Origin: Octopus bimaculoides | Lineage: Eukaryota | Length of the DNA stretch: 64,000 nt | Assembly: GCF_001194135.2 (NCBI RefSeq) | Contig: NC_068993.1 | Coordinates: 3,980,894 to 4,044,893, forward strand | Direction of reading: 5' to 3' | Part shown: positions 13,290 to 26,715 of the stretch, in pieces | Position numbering within the stretch: the first letter of the stretch is position 1 | Layout: each line of letters begins with the position of its first letter | Made by a program: the position numbers and the translations under genes | The notes under the pieces: generated by a model | Databases searched by the model: none | What the model saw: the letters and a program-made list of their open reading frames with translations, nothing else | What the model was told of the DNA's origin: nothing

Positions 13290-13988
13290 TATNNNNNNNN
13301 NNNNNNNNNNNNNNNNNNNNNNNNNNNNNNNNNNNNNNNNNNNNNNNNNNNNNNNNNNNNNNNNNNNNNNNNNNNNNNNNNNNNNNNNNNNNNNNNNNNN
13401 NNNNNNNNNNNNNNNNNNNNNNNNNNNNNNNNNNNNNNNNNNNNNNNNNNNNNNNNNNNNNNNNNNNNNNNNNNNNNNNNNNNNNNNNNNNNNNNNNNNN
13501 NNNNNNNNNNNNNNNNNNNNNNNNNNNNNNNNNNNNNNNNNNNNNNNNNNNNNNNNNNNNNNNNNNNNNNNNNNNNNNNNNNNNNNNNNNNNNNNNNNNN
13601 NNNNNNNNNNNNNNNNNNNNNNNNNNNNNNNNNNNNNNNNNNNNNNNNNNNNNNNNNNNNNNNNNNNNNNNNNNNNNNNNNNNNNNNNNNNNNNNNNNNN
13701 NNNNNNNNNNNNNNNNNNNNNNNNNNNNNNNNNNNNNNNNNNNNNNNNNNNNNNNNNNNNNNNNNNNNNNNNNNNNNNNNNNNNNNNNNNNNNNNNNNNN
13801 NNNNNNNNNNNNNNNNNNNNNNNNNNNNNNNNNNNNNNNNNNNNNNNNNNNNNNNNNNNNNNNNNNNNNNNNNNNNNNNNNNNNNNNNNNNNNNNNNNNN
13901 NNNNNNNNNNNNNNNNNNNNNNNNNNNNNNNNNNNNNNNNNNNNNNNNNNNNNNNNNNNNNNNNNNNNNNNNNNNNNNNNNNNNNNNN

Positions 13989-14029
<41 letters not shown>

Positions 14030-15311
14030 CTTTGACAAGGATATTATTGACAGGTTATATGTGTGTGTTTGTGTGTATGTGTGTGATTGTGTGAGTGTGT
14101 GTGTGAGTGTGTGCAGTGGTGTGTGTGCCTCTATGTGTCTGTGTACGTAATGGTATATATGGAAGGTGGTATTTGAACTGACGTCAAGCTTCTCTCTACC
14201 TTCGATATCCTTTTTACCAACTCTGTGCTGCAAATTTATACGACAGAAAGCAAAATGCTATAAAAACCTGAAAATTAATAAGTTCTAGTGAGCTTTTCTG
14301 TTTATTTAGTTTGTTATAAGAAAAATGGTAAGGTCGTTTTCTGAATTTGATCTAATCTACTCCCACATGAAGTGAAAAAGATTAGTTATTTGCGAAAATA
14401 GCCACAAGAAATATTCTTTTGTTTCTTCGTTTAATATGATTGTGCATATGTTGTTGGACATTTCTAGCCAGCTTGTCTTTTTATTACCTGTTTAATCTAG
14501 AAATAAGGTTTATTATAGTTTTACGATATTTAAATCTGTTCTCTCTCTATTTGAATTTAGAACTAAGAATTAATAGAAACAACGTTAAGAATATGTTTTG
14601 TATCTTTTAACTGAATAAGTATTAATAGTTTTCGCGTATATATGAATATATATTTGCTTGTGTATCTGCATATCAGTATGATAGTGTGAGGAAATGATGT
14701 GCAGTTCATCACAGATGTTTCGTAAATATGTAGATTTTTCTTCATTCTTTTTCCGTGCACTAAAATAAACAAACAATATACTTGATGAAATGAAGATTTA
14801 TGGTGAATCTAGAATTGTCTTTATGGCATTTGAAAATGGTTGTATTTAATAGACAAATCTTGCATTGCTAAACGAGTGGCGTCTGCCCTAAGCTTCTAAA
14901 GATACCTAAGTCATCTAATTCTTGATTAAACCATTCCATTTCAGTAAAACGCCAATACATATATATGCACACATACATACATACAGTCATGTATGTATGT
15001 ATGAATGTATGTATTATGTATATATTATGTATGTATGTATGTATGTATGTATGTATGTATGTATGTATGTATACACACACACACACACACGTTGCATTTT
15101 CCCACATCGAATCATTCTACTCCAATATATCGTGCCCAAGTAGTATTTGAAAATATTCAGTAGCAGTTAATGTGAATGGAAATGTGATTTGTTTAAGTAA
15201 TGTAATTTTTTGTAGCACAGATTATGTAAGTTTAACTAAAAATACAGATAAGATGCAATCAAATATCTCTGCAGTCTTTTCAATTCGCAACAAGATATAC
15301 ATAATGAGATT

Positions 15312-15413
<102 letters not shown>

Positions 15414-15867
15414 CAAGATTACAAGGTCTCTACATAGTCTCATTGAATTACTTTTTAATTGTCCTCTTTTTTACGGAATTCTGACATAAATCTATTTATT
15501 GGTTCCTTTTAGAAGGAACTTCGTGACATTGCTATGCTATTATAAGCGCTCTTTGCAAAGAGTAGCTGAAATGATAAACGATTAAGTCCCTTTTTTCAAT
15601 TGAGCTCTCTTTTATTGCTTTCGCCCTTTGTTGCTCCGACAGGGACATTTAAGTAACTGGCTGTTGTTTCTGTTGTTATAGTTTTTATTGTTGTGCTGTT
15701 GCTACTGTTTGATTAAATACATTTCTACTTGAAAGCTCAACATACCGGAAGCTTATGGTGTTATCAGATGATGCGTGCATTTTGGAGGCCTTCCTGTCGA
15801 CATTATTACAAACCGACTCCCTCTCTGAGATGAGGTTTCGCTCAATATTCTTTTGGCCATTGCTCAC

Positions 15868-15956
15868 CGTCTCTTTTTAACTAAATCCACTGGTTTGCAT
15901 TCTCCACCGTAGTCTTGGAGAGATTTGAAGGAAATTTGTCTGCTACTGTTGCAAGT
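15868..15956 (-). CDS. candidate internal exon (89 nt, phase 0 to 2)
   Basis: caaatttttag acceptor, CG|gtgagc donor, open frame TCNSSRQISFKSLQDYGGECKPVDLVKKR. Confidence 0.25.
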
Positions 15957-16224
15957 CTAAAAATTTGGGTGCGTTTGTCTTTCAAATATATGTCCGGTGC
16001 TCTTTGATGCAAAGTTCCTAAAAGCAAACTCTCCCTTCAGTGCCTCAAATATATTGTGCCGCACTCTTTCTATTTCTCTGTCTCTCACTTACTCACCCTC
16101 ACCCCACCTTTCTCTCTCGTCAGTACAACCACAGATCATATTGTAATCATGCGGTGCATTAATGCATAAAAATGAATGTGACAGTTTGTGCATAACACAT
16201 TTTTACTACAGTCTTGACACTGAG

Positions 16225-16400
16225 GGTTCCCAATACATCGCTGAAATTGCTAGAAATAATAGCTAAATCACTCTCAAAACTTCACCGTAAAATCTTTAAA
16301 AGGGGTGACAATATGACAATGTAATTTTTAAAAAATAAGATTTAACAGAACGGTGTTGCAGTTTTAGGATGCATGAGAGGGGAATATTTCCAAGGATATG
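16225..16400 (+). mobile_element. diverged interspersed repeat (family E)
   Basis: GCTAGAAATAATAGCTAAATC motif resembles the reverse complement of 39505-39545 and 37118-37140. Confidence 0.4.
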
Positions 16401-17799
16401 TTTCTGTTTGAATAACATAGTTAAGTGGGAATCAGCGTACTTAATGCTGTCAGCTCGCAAGAAATATTTGCTAATTAATATTATACCTGGAAGGAAAAGA
16501 AAATCATTAGTTTTAAGTTAGTATTAATTATAAACTCCATCGAAGTAAAACATGAGACATTGTAGGCTACAAGAACTTTTTTAGTTCCTGTAGTTATAAC
16601 CTTCTTCTTCCTTTCGTGCTCATGCCTTACAAAAAGTCTTCTATTTCTCTATTTGTTTGATTTCTAAATTGATTTCTGCTTTTATTTTTATCCGGTTCTT
16701 GAGAAAATGATTTCAAGTTGGAGTAGAACTGCGTCTTTTATTCCATTAATTGTTAAGATTTCCTATATTCATGGTTTCTATGCGATCTATTGCAGGTTTT
16801 TATTTCAGTTTCTTTTTTTTTTTTTTTGCGTACTTGTGTTTTAGTTTATGCCATATTCCTGACATATATGTCCCTACATTTTTCAGTTGCTTCTTTTCCT
16901 TGTTGATTTCATTAAAGAATTAAATATATTTTCACATTTTTATAACTCCTGTATATTTTGTTTTATATGTCAGGGTTTTCATTTGTCACTGTGTTTCAAT
17001 GTTACTCTGACACAGCACCAAAAAAATTACCTCTGTAACAGCTGTTAGGTATATATCGCACTCACTCTTCCATATATTATTTCATTTCTGCTGAGATATT
17101 CAGGTTTATACTTGTTTTAATTAAGTTAGTGTAACAACAGAATTGTTTTTTGTTTTTTTTTACCGTTGTGGCAATTTGTTTTTGTGGGTTTTATTTTCCC
17201 ATAGTACGTACTTTCGTAGGCTCACAGGAAATTCTTTTATTCTTTGCAAATCTTCAAACATTTCTAGCTTCAGGTTACCCTAGTCATAATTTACAACTTT
17301 ACGATTTCCTATTCTGGAATCAACCTTATATTTCCTTTTCTTTATAAGTTTGTGCTGTTTTTCAGCAAGTTTTCTTTAGCCTCTATTCCTTAGTTGCGCT
17401 ACAGTTTGTATTTGCTGGGTTTCTTTCATAGATTGATCCTTGTCATTTATGATTTCCATGTTCTTGGGGGGGGGGGGGTTCTTTTTACCACATCCTTTCA
17501 GATCCTCCTTTGTATTTTTCTTCTTCTGTTCCATTTCTGTTTCAATTTGTTATTCTTTTGACCAATCTTCCACATATTTTCGTCCGGATTTTCCCCCTCC
17601 AAATTTCTATTAGAGCTTATTGACGTAGGATCTGTTTTCCTTTCTGTTTGTATTTCACAGAGCGTCACTGAAAACTTATGCAGCATAACAGTATGGCACA
17701 CATTCCACATGCGCCTTTGTGCGTTTTCGTTTTCTTGCTTTACTTACGAAACTGGTATAAAGTCTGGTGAATAATTAAGATTGATGTTATTTTCATCAA

Positions 17800-18290
17800 G
17801 TACCGGTTTATTTGTTTCTAATGTTGCCGGATTTTGTATGCGACATCTTGTTGGTAAATAACACCATGATGATATTTTTGGACATCTGCTTATGATGTAG
17901 GTGATATTTTTGGTGTTAAATCTACAAAGACTGCATCAGTTGACACATCAGGTTTTTGGTTGATATTTCCTGTTCCTGGATTGCAAACGCATACCCTTCA
18001 GAGTGGAAGGTAGTAATCCGGACATTGGTCCATGATAGACTGCTTTGATGATCAATGCTACTATCATCTTGGAGCTTTCTATTAACATATCCATGCTTAG
18101 TCTTCTGTTCATATAGGTTCATCCTTTCATCTGATAATACATTGCGGTAGAGTCGTGCGAATTCTGTGGGCATGTAGTCTATATTATCAGACAAAGAATG
18201 TTACTCAAGGAGCTGCCTTCCAAGTCTTATGATTTTGTCAGCCTCATGTATACATTCTTGGTCAAGGCATGCTCTTCAATATTTGATGTA
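17800..18290 (-). mobile_element. decayed R4/Dong-type non-LTR retrotransposon fragment (pre-zinc-knuckle region)
   Basis: SEGYAFAIQEQEISTKNL resembles the conserved (T/S)EGF.AIQDQ.I.TRNY motif; then, frameshifted, ITYIISRCPKISS resembles the knuckle H.IS.C region. Stops and frameshifts present. Confidence 0.65.
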
Positions 18291-20871
18291 TGTATATATA
18301 TGTTATAAAATTCCCAACATTTAAAATACTAGCAGCTTGGTATTGTTAGTCCTTCTTCACTTGTACCAATGATTCAACTTAGTTGTAAATTATAGCCTAT
18401 ATACACGGGAAGAAGCGATCACTGACTTGGTATAGTTCCCCATTTAAGTAATTAGTATCTGACTATAAAACCAAATTATGTATCAGTTTTTCATCATTTC
18501 ACACAAGAACACCAAGAATAATACAGTTATCAACAAAAACGATGCTAATATTTCATATACTACTGCAAACAAATGTACACCCATTCTAAATAATTTTAAC
18601 CTATCAACATTAAGTGCGATAATTTCATCTCCCAGTAGCGTACTCGAATCATTAGTGATCTTACAAACTGAGCGTGTGAAAATGCGATGCTAGTACTCGT
18701 TGTAAGCATGTTTTCCGTCTCATTAACTTTTTCAGAATAAAGTTCATCAAATACCAGTTCCTCTTACGTAAATATGTAAAGCAATCAGTGTTTAACATTC
18801 GATGTACATTTGTAGTCAAAATTTTGAATACTATTAATTACAAGATTCAATACAAAATCGTTTTCCTCATTAAATACGAAGAAATATGGCTAACTCTGGT
18901 GTAACATTAATACTGAAAATATTCTTTGTGAGTCTATGTCTGCTAAACTGTCACTTATAACTTATATCATCGTGTCAACATGGAACGGTTACAATCATCA
19001 CCATTAGTCTATTCAAACAAATATTCACCAACAATACGATACACAAACCAACTTTTAGTATACGCAATTCAGTTATTGTCACATCTTATTTAGATTTGTC
19101 TTTTGTATATTTTTCTAATATTTACTGTTTTATATTTCATGTGTAATTTTATTTGTCTAAACTCGTTTGGTTCATTATATTAGATATATTACGATAGACT
19201 TATCTATTTTTTCTTCAGGAACAGAGTTAAGGTGGCGTTGAATTCAGTCTAATCTAATAAGACCGCATTGTAATCTAATCAGATCACATTAAAGAAAACG
19301 TTATTAAATACACGAACAATATAATTACATTTATTGTGAAAATATAATTATAAATATTAAAGTATGAAATAGAAAAACTTAAACTGACCTTCGAATGACA
19401 CGCATACACACACGTATGTCTGCATATAAAATCTACTGTGTAATCAAAATGCATGAATACATTTTTTTTATGCAAAGTCTAGACTTCTTGTAGATATCCA
19501 AACATAAGGAAATTTAAGGTCTTTGGATAAAAGCAATTCCGAAGACAGCATAAGAAATATGTTATTTTTGAAATGTGAGGCAAATAAAGAAGAGTACCTC
19601 CTGGTGTATGGGTATTAATACCAGGCTTCCACTTTGTAATACGAAAGAGCATAAAAGGTGAATCTAAAGCATTAATTGAATTCTTCGAGGTTTTCATGGG
19701 TTCTAAATTTTTGGTACTATTTAGGCAACTTGTGAAAAACTGCTCTGTTGTTTATCGAGCTCTACTTCTCTATTCACTTGGTCACTGCAGTTTTAATGAT
19801 AAAAGTGGCCCTTAGTTTCTAACTTGATGTGAAATGAAAATGTTAAGGCACTTAACCTGCTGTGATAATATTTCTCAGTAAATATATTTACACTGATGTT
19901 TTTATATATGTACGCATTTATGTATGTATAACATGAATGAACAAAAGGAAGAAAAGCAGAACAAAAGGGAAAAGTTTTCACAAAGGTGTTATTGGTTTCA
20001 CACTTGGAAAGGAAACAGAAAACAGAAGAGGAGCTTTGACGTTTCATTGGGAGAAAAGGAAAGAAAATTGAGAAGTGTGTAGAGGGGTAAGATGGGGATT
20101 AGAGATTACGTAGGAAGGAGGTAAGAAGAGAAGAGTAGGCGGTGAGTTGTGCCCATATAACGGGGAGTGTGTGATTATAGATATATACGTAAGTATATAA
20201 ATGGATACGTATCTGGTCGAGCTTATGGTAGAAGATGCTCGGCGAAAATTCCATCAACGTCTATTGACTCCTGTCAAAGAAAGGCAAGATTCGAATTAAT
20301 TTCAGAGTTAGTCACATGCTTAAGGTTTATACATAGGTAAGACAGTAAACTATAATGATGTAATCTACGTAAGTGAATCTGGCATTTTCTATTTCAATTA
20401 TATAAATATATTACGGAGGTATAGATGCTAGGCGAACGATTTCATATGACACTGTCTTGAAACTATTGTGTTGAGTCAAAAGTTTCACAATATTTCGGTA
20501 ACATATTTGCTCTACTCGTCAAGTTACAACAAAAGCAGCCCAACATTCGAAGTAAAACCATTATGTCGCAGCGTCTGGATTCACATTCCTGTCAATTTCT
20601 TTGTTTAACATTCGCAGATACCAGTTCTTGTCCTTCAAGGCGAAGAACTCCTTCTCTGAAACTACCACCTTTCCTTGGTTGATGAATCTTCGCCAGCGTA
20701 ATAAGGTCATAATCCCAGAGAGATATTTTTACGCAATCTTTCTGTGCATAAACAATGGTTTAGCAAGGACCGGCTTCCAGAACCTGTGGCCAAACATAGG
20801 CGCATGTTTGTCAGACAAAATGGCTGATTGTTAGTGAGGAAAGACACACAAATAGGAAAGAAGAAAGCAAA

Positions 20872-20916
20872 GGACCACTGATGAGGTCACAGAAGTGTGA
20901 CGAAAGAACTTTGGCC
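20872..20916 (+). ncRNA. minimal type I hammerhead ribozyme motif (partly decayed)
   Basis: ggacca CTGATGA G GTCACA-GAAG-TGTGAC GAA AG-AA-CT T TGGCC: full core, 6-bp stem II, 2-bp stem III, short stem I (cca/TGG). Confidence 0.55.
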
Positions 20917-21619
20917 GCAATACGTTTAATGTAAAAATGAAGCTGAAGCAAATTACACCAAATATATAGTGCGTGTGTTTTTATTGGCTAAACAGACAAT
21001 ATGACCATCCCCAAATACAACAACATAATATATATATATATAATTTATTAATTCACACTAGAATATAAGTATAAAATCACGTTAATGATTTTGATCAGGT
21101 AGTCAGTATGCAATAAAAACTTATACGTAATTTATTCATTAGATTAATAATTATANNNNNNNNNNNNNNNNNNNNNNNNNNNNNNNNNNNNNNNNNNNNN
21201 NNNNNNNNNNNNNNNNNNNNNNNNNNNNNNNNNNNNNNNNNNNNNNNNNNNNNNNNNNNNNNNNNNNNNNNNNNNNNNNNNNNNNNNNNNNNNNNNNNNN
21301 NNNNNNNNNNNNNNNNNNNNNNNNNNNNNNNNNNNNNNNNNNNNNNNNNNNNNNNNNNNNNNNNNNNNNNNNNNNNNNNNNNNNNNNNNNNNNNNNNNNN
21401 NNNNNNNNNNNNNNNNNNNNNNNNNNNNNNNNNNNNNNNNNNNNNNNNNNNNNNNNNNNNNNNNNNNNNNNNNNNNNNNNNNNNNNNNNNNNNNNNNNNN
21501 NNNNNNNNNNNNNNNNNNNNNNNNNNNNNNNNNNNNNNNNNNNNNNNNNNNNNNNNNNNNNNNNNNNNNNNNNNNNNNCAAACATATTCACACACACACA
21601 CATATATATATACATATGT

Positions 21620-21785
21620 ACGACGGGATTCTTTCAATTTCCGTCGACCAAATCCACTCACAAGGTTTTGGTCGGCCCGAGGCTATAGCAGAAGACACTT
21701 GCTCAAGGTGCTTCACAGTGGGACTGAACCCGGAACCATGTGATTGGTAAGCAAGCTACTTACAACACAGCCTCTCCTACGCCTA
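21620..21785 (-). mobile_element. SINE family A, 5' half
   Basis: CCAAATCCACTCACAAGG...GAAGACACTTGCTCAAGGTG...GGGACTGAACCCGGAACCATGTG...ACACAGCC; the remainder runs into the gap at 21578. Confidence 0.9.
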
Positions 21786-21827
21786 TATGTATACAATTAC
21801 ATTAAATGAACAAGGGGGAAAATCACG

Positions 21828-21879
21828 TGTCTCTAGCATGCTTGAAAATGCGGCGGCATTTTCAAGCATGTTCGAGACA
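21828..21879. repeat. inverted repeat / hairpin, 24-bp arms, 4-nt loop
   Basis: CATGCTTGAAAATGC-GGCG-GCATTTTCAAGCATG is a perfect 15-bp stem, extending to TGTCTCTAG/TTCGAGACA with one wobble and one mismatch. Confidence 0.9.
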
Positions 21880-22022
21880 GTTCGTTTTTTGTCGCTCTTG
21901 TTCTCTTAATATAATTATATGCATATATAATTATTAACTTATGTATATATGTATGTATGTATGTATGTATGTGTGTATGAATGTATGTATGTACAATCTT
22001 ATGCTTTTAAACTACATATTTG

Positions 22023-22054
<32 letters not shown>

Positions 22055-22740
22055 TAAATATGCACATATGTATATGTGAGTTTGTGAGTGTGTGTTTTTG
22101 TGCATTTATGTATGTGTAAGCATGTATGTAAGCACGGGTAAAATCAGCTTGAACGAGTTGAATCACCTTTCAAAATTAGAAAACATGTCCTTATGGATTT
22201 CTAACTATTGCACAAAAGAAATCCAAGGAACAGCTATACCCAACTGAATGTCACTGTTAATTAAAACTCAGATTTGTTGTCTATTGTTATAACGTATTAT
22301 TATATGTTATAAACTGAGGCGCAGCATGGTTGAATTGAAATTCTCTCATATTCTTTACATGGTTATAACTCCATGAATGCTAAAGAGATATACACCTTCT
22401 TCACTTGAACACCTGCATTTATTTAGTTAGGATGAAAGCTGTTTGCAGTGAAAGAGATGGTGTTAGAGTTAAGATCTATTGATATTATCACAATGTTCAT
22501 AAGAAAGTAGACAATGAATGAGTTTACAACCTAATCCGCAAGATGTCTATCAAACGAACGTGAGAAAAACAATTCGCGCACGAGTCAGCGTGAGATTACA
22601 GCAATGGGATTATTCGAATAGCTAAAAATAAGACGACAAATATCTATCTGATCACATCATAATGGATTAAATATTTGAAGGATATCACATCACAGATTAT
22701 ACAGCCCTATATGCTGCACCATAAAATGCATTGTCCATAC

Positions 22741-22803
22741 CTTGAGTGTTTTTCAAATTGGGGACAACTGAATCAGAACAGACTCGGGGTGAAACAAACG
22801 CAA
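22741..22803 (-). CDS. candidate symmetric exon (63 nt, phase 1 to 1)
   Basis: ctgttttctgtgtag acceptor, AAG|gtatgg donor; only one frame open (xAFVSPRVCSDSVVPNLKNTQ). Confidence 0.3.
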
Positions 22804-23546
22804 CTACACAGAAAACAGTTTCACAAGTTGAAGAAATATCAGAGATTCATTTATTATACTATTATACTTATTAATTCCTCTAGCAGTGGATTTTCTCACT
22901 CTGCCCTCTAAATACATCCCTATGTATATACACATACATACATACATATACGTACATGTATGTGCCTGTGTGTCTGTCTGTCTCTCTGTGTGTATATATG
23001 TGTGTGTTTCTCTATGTACATCCATATACTTATCGCTCTATCTGGTCTATCTACCAGGCTATCTTTCCATCTATTATTCCATACATTCATTAAACAGTTG
23101 TCTATATTATTCTTGGCAAGATTCTCAGTTACGATGGGAAAGGAAAAAAGAAACCCATTCATAATTATTATCACCATTCCCACAATCAGTATCATTATCA
23201 ACAGCATCATCATCATCATCATTATTATGATCATCTTCATCATCAACATCATCATAATCGTCATCGTCATTTTCTCAAAGAAAAGGTAGAAAGTGGTAAT
23301 TATAATTTCTAATTTTCCTTTGAATTTTTTCAGTTAAAAGTCAGCTATTTATTTATTTTTTTTTAAGTTTTGCTAATTCATGACTTCACTGACGTCATCA
23401 GATGAGAAATATATGAAGAAAGGAACGGCACGTGTACACATACACACAAACACGCGCGTGCACACACACACACAAACGCACACATGCACACATGCACACA
23501 TTCTTTCGTATATATACACACATTCACACAAAGCATGCATGTGTGC

Positions 23547-23579
<33 letters not shown>

Positions 23580-23621
23580 GGTAGTTATATATATATAAAT
23601 ATGGATATATATATATATATG

Positions 23622-23666
<45 letters not shown>

Positions 23667-23823
23667 GTGTGTGTGTATGTGTGTGTGTGTGTTTGTATGT
23701 GCATATGCATTTATGTATGTATGCGTATGTATGCTTCTGCTTGTATATATATTTTTGTGTATATTTATTAGGCTATATACGAACCAAAATATAGGATTCA
23801 AAACAATACATGTATGAGAATGC

Positions 23824-23824
<1 letters not shown>

Positions 23825-23894
<70 letters not shown>
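23825..23894. repeat. (GT)n microsatellite
   Basis: Directly visible. Confidence 0.97.
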
Positions 23895-23895
<1 letters not shown>

Positions 23896-24379
23896 CAGCG
23901 TGTACTTGTGTACACGCGTGTGTGCTCGAGTAGTTATGACTGTGCCTTTCAGTAAAGAGTGAAAGGATCATGACAACGAGATTTAAGTAACGAAAATGCA
24001 AATGTACATATATGATAGAACCACACACATTTAAAAACACATACACCTGCCTTCATATAGATAACACACACACACGCACACACACAGATAAATACATAAC
24101 CATAAAAAGAGAGATATAATAAGAGAGAAGGAATGATTTCATTGGGTGGGGATGGGTGGGGTGGGGTTAACTGCATGCAGGAAGAAATGAAGAATAAAGA
24201 CATACTAATAGCAAGTGGTGAGATCTTACATAAAATGAGGTTAGAATTAGTAAAAGGAGAAATAAACGTTTAAAAAATAGGCAATGATTTAAGATTCTAT
24301 CATTCAAAGATTTATTTGAATAATGTATCAATGTTATGTGAAATCATGCATAACCTGAAAATGCAATGACCTTTAAACT

Positions 24380-24478
24380 TTTGCCTCTTTGCCAGCAATT
24401 TAGGGGGAAGGGAATAAGTCGATTACATCAACCCCCAATATTCAACTGGTAATTATTTTATCGACCTCGATAAAATCC
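24380..24478 (-). mobile_element. SINE family B, 3' fragment
   Basis: GCCAGCAATTTAGGGGGAAGGG..AGTCGATTACATCAACCCCCAATATTCAACTGGTA..TTTTATCGACC. Confidence 0.7.
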
Positions 24479-25289
24479 ACATTAAGGGAAATATCTATGA
24501 CAAACTAGGAGAATAATTATGAATCTTCCTACGATTTCAATAGTTTCTTCAATGCAATGACTAAATTTCACAAAGTTAAGAATTGTGGCATTAGTTCATG
24601 AGAACATATGTTCTCTTTGTAGAAGAGCAATAAAGTTTCGATAGAAGACAAATTGGTAGAATGTAAAATATAATTAATTCTGGAGTGTTTTCGCTGCGTT
24701 AATAGGAAAAAAAAGTGTCAGATCTCTTCGGAACATGGTCCAATGGAGAGACAAGTAAGCAATCTACATGATTATAATTGAAAATTTACGAGAGTGGATT
24801 TAAACTTGGTGGCATAAATGTTATGATAAAGAAGCATCCATGAAACATTAATATCCATGTAACATTAATTATTTTTGCGAAATAACAACAAAAAATCCTT
24901 GTTTGAACTTTGTTTTAATTAGAAATCTGGCAGATTACAAATAATGGATGCTAACAGACTCAAAAAATTTTCTTTCAACCACAACGTAGTTCTTAATAAC
25001 TAGTACAGAAGAAGAATTGCATTAAATCGGATGTTTTTGTGTTTGAAATGAACGATTCTGCGTGTTTAGACATACATGTACACGTATCTAAGTATAAATA
25101 TGTTCATATATTCATATATAAGTTTGAATACATATATATGTGTGTATATGTAGGTATGTGGGTGTGTGTGTGAGTGTGTTTTTTCTGTGCGTGCGTGCGC
25201 ACGCGTGTGTATATTCAGAATATATCCTGAGTAAAATAACTTTTTAATCTTCTCTAATAGAGATAATCCTCATGTATCTGAGGCTACAT

Positions 25290-25393
25290 TAGAAGACACT
25301 TGCTCAAAGTACAACAAAGTACAACAAAGTGGGACTGAAACCGGAACAAGCTGGTTGGGAAGCAAGCTTCTTACCACTCAGCCACGCCTACGC
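25290..25393 (-). mobile_element. SINE family A, 5' fragment with an internal 10-nt duplication
   Basis: GAAGACACTTGCTCAA...GGGACTGAAACCGGAAC...GCAAGCTTCTTACCACTCAGCCACGCC; ACAACAAAGT is duplicated at 25311-25330. Confidence 0.85.
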
Positions 25394-25676
25394 CTTTTTT
25401 ATTTATTCTTTTTTTTTCCTTGTGCTGGAGAGTAAGTTTCCTGTTACGAATATTCGTTAATTGATTTGTCACTAATATGTTACTGGTGAAGAGAAAGAGC
25501 ATAAAACTTGATGACAATGCCATGTAGGACGTGCAAGAATGTAGATGGAGGCAGAATTCAAACATTTTTATGAAACCAGTCCTTGTTTCGTATATAATTA
25601 ACTCCTTTCCAGCTATTGGTTCGTAATGGTGCTGAGTAATTATTTTTATCAACCTGGAACTAGAGTAGTCTAAGTT

Positions 25677-25890
25677 ATTTTCTATTCTGGGCACAAGGCC
25701 CGAAATTTTGAGGGAGGGGCCACCGATAAGATCGACCCCAGTATGCAACTAGTACTTAATTTATCGACCCCGAAAGGATGAAAGGCAAAGTCGACCTCAG
25801 CGGAATTTCACCTCAGAACGTAAAGACAGACGAAATAGCGCTAAGCAGTTTGCCCGGCGTGCTAACGTTTCTCTCAGCTCGCCCGCCTTA
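25677..25890 (-). mobile_element. SINE family B, full length, with 16-bp target-site duplication
   Basis: Cleanest family B copy; flanked by TAGAGTAGTCTAAGTT (25661-25676) and TAGAGAAGTCTAAGTT (25891-25906). Confidence 0.92.
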
Positions 25891-26715
25891 TAGAGAAGTC
25901 TAAGTTCACCTTACGACTAATCACAGAAGTTAAATCGAAGCATCCATTTCGTATAGTGGGGTGTTGACTCTTAGAAAGATACATTACATTGGTTGATGCC
26001 ATTAAACAGGTTGCATGCAGGTTTATTCTTCGACAGAACCGAAGAATATTCCGTTAAACCAGCATTGAAGAGTTATTGAGCTTTTTAAAAATTTATGTCC
26101 AGCAAAATGGATTTGAAAAATAAGGCGAAAAAAAAAACATAATTCATAAGGTCTGTATGAGTAATCTGCTTTTAATATCCAGATAATCAATAAAATAAAT
26201 TGAACAGATTGTGGAGAGGAGAGGTTAGAATATTATTAAAATGGGAATCTGGCATTCTATATTTTATGCTTTTTATAATCACGATGATAAAATTAATATC
26301 AGTTTTAGTAATGGCATGGTTGCAAAACAGGACTAAAGTTATTGTAACCGATGTCATTTCTTATCAATAGAAATATGGTTAGTATGCTGAGCAGCCATGA
26401 AATTTAAACATTGCATTCCTGTAGAATGGGATGACCGAAAATAAAAATTATAAACAAAAGCCACCCATCATTGTTGATATCGCTTTTAGCTGAATTGTGG
26501 TAGTTACTTTTAATAATCTCATCACTTATTATTGAAAAATATCTAAATCTCAGGCAATGAGGATTTTGACCTGTGGTGCTGTAAAATCGAAATTTGCTGC
26601 CAATGAATTGAAATTCTACGATTCCATGTCCTAAGGAGACTGGAAGCTCTGTACCGTCCATTATTATAACCTGAAGGGATAACTCTGGTATCCCAGTTCT
26701 ATATTTAAGATATGA

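Noticed and set aside
11536-14233. Long ORFs of 200-345 aa spanning N runs (also at 21095, 29571, 31923, 43987, 51720, 53987, 60600)
   Set aside because: Open only because N codons and (TA)n/(CA)n contain no stops.
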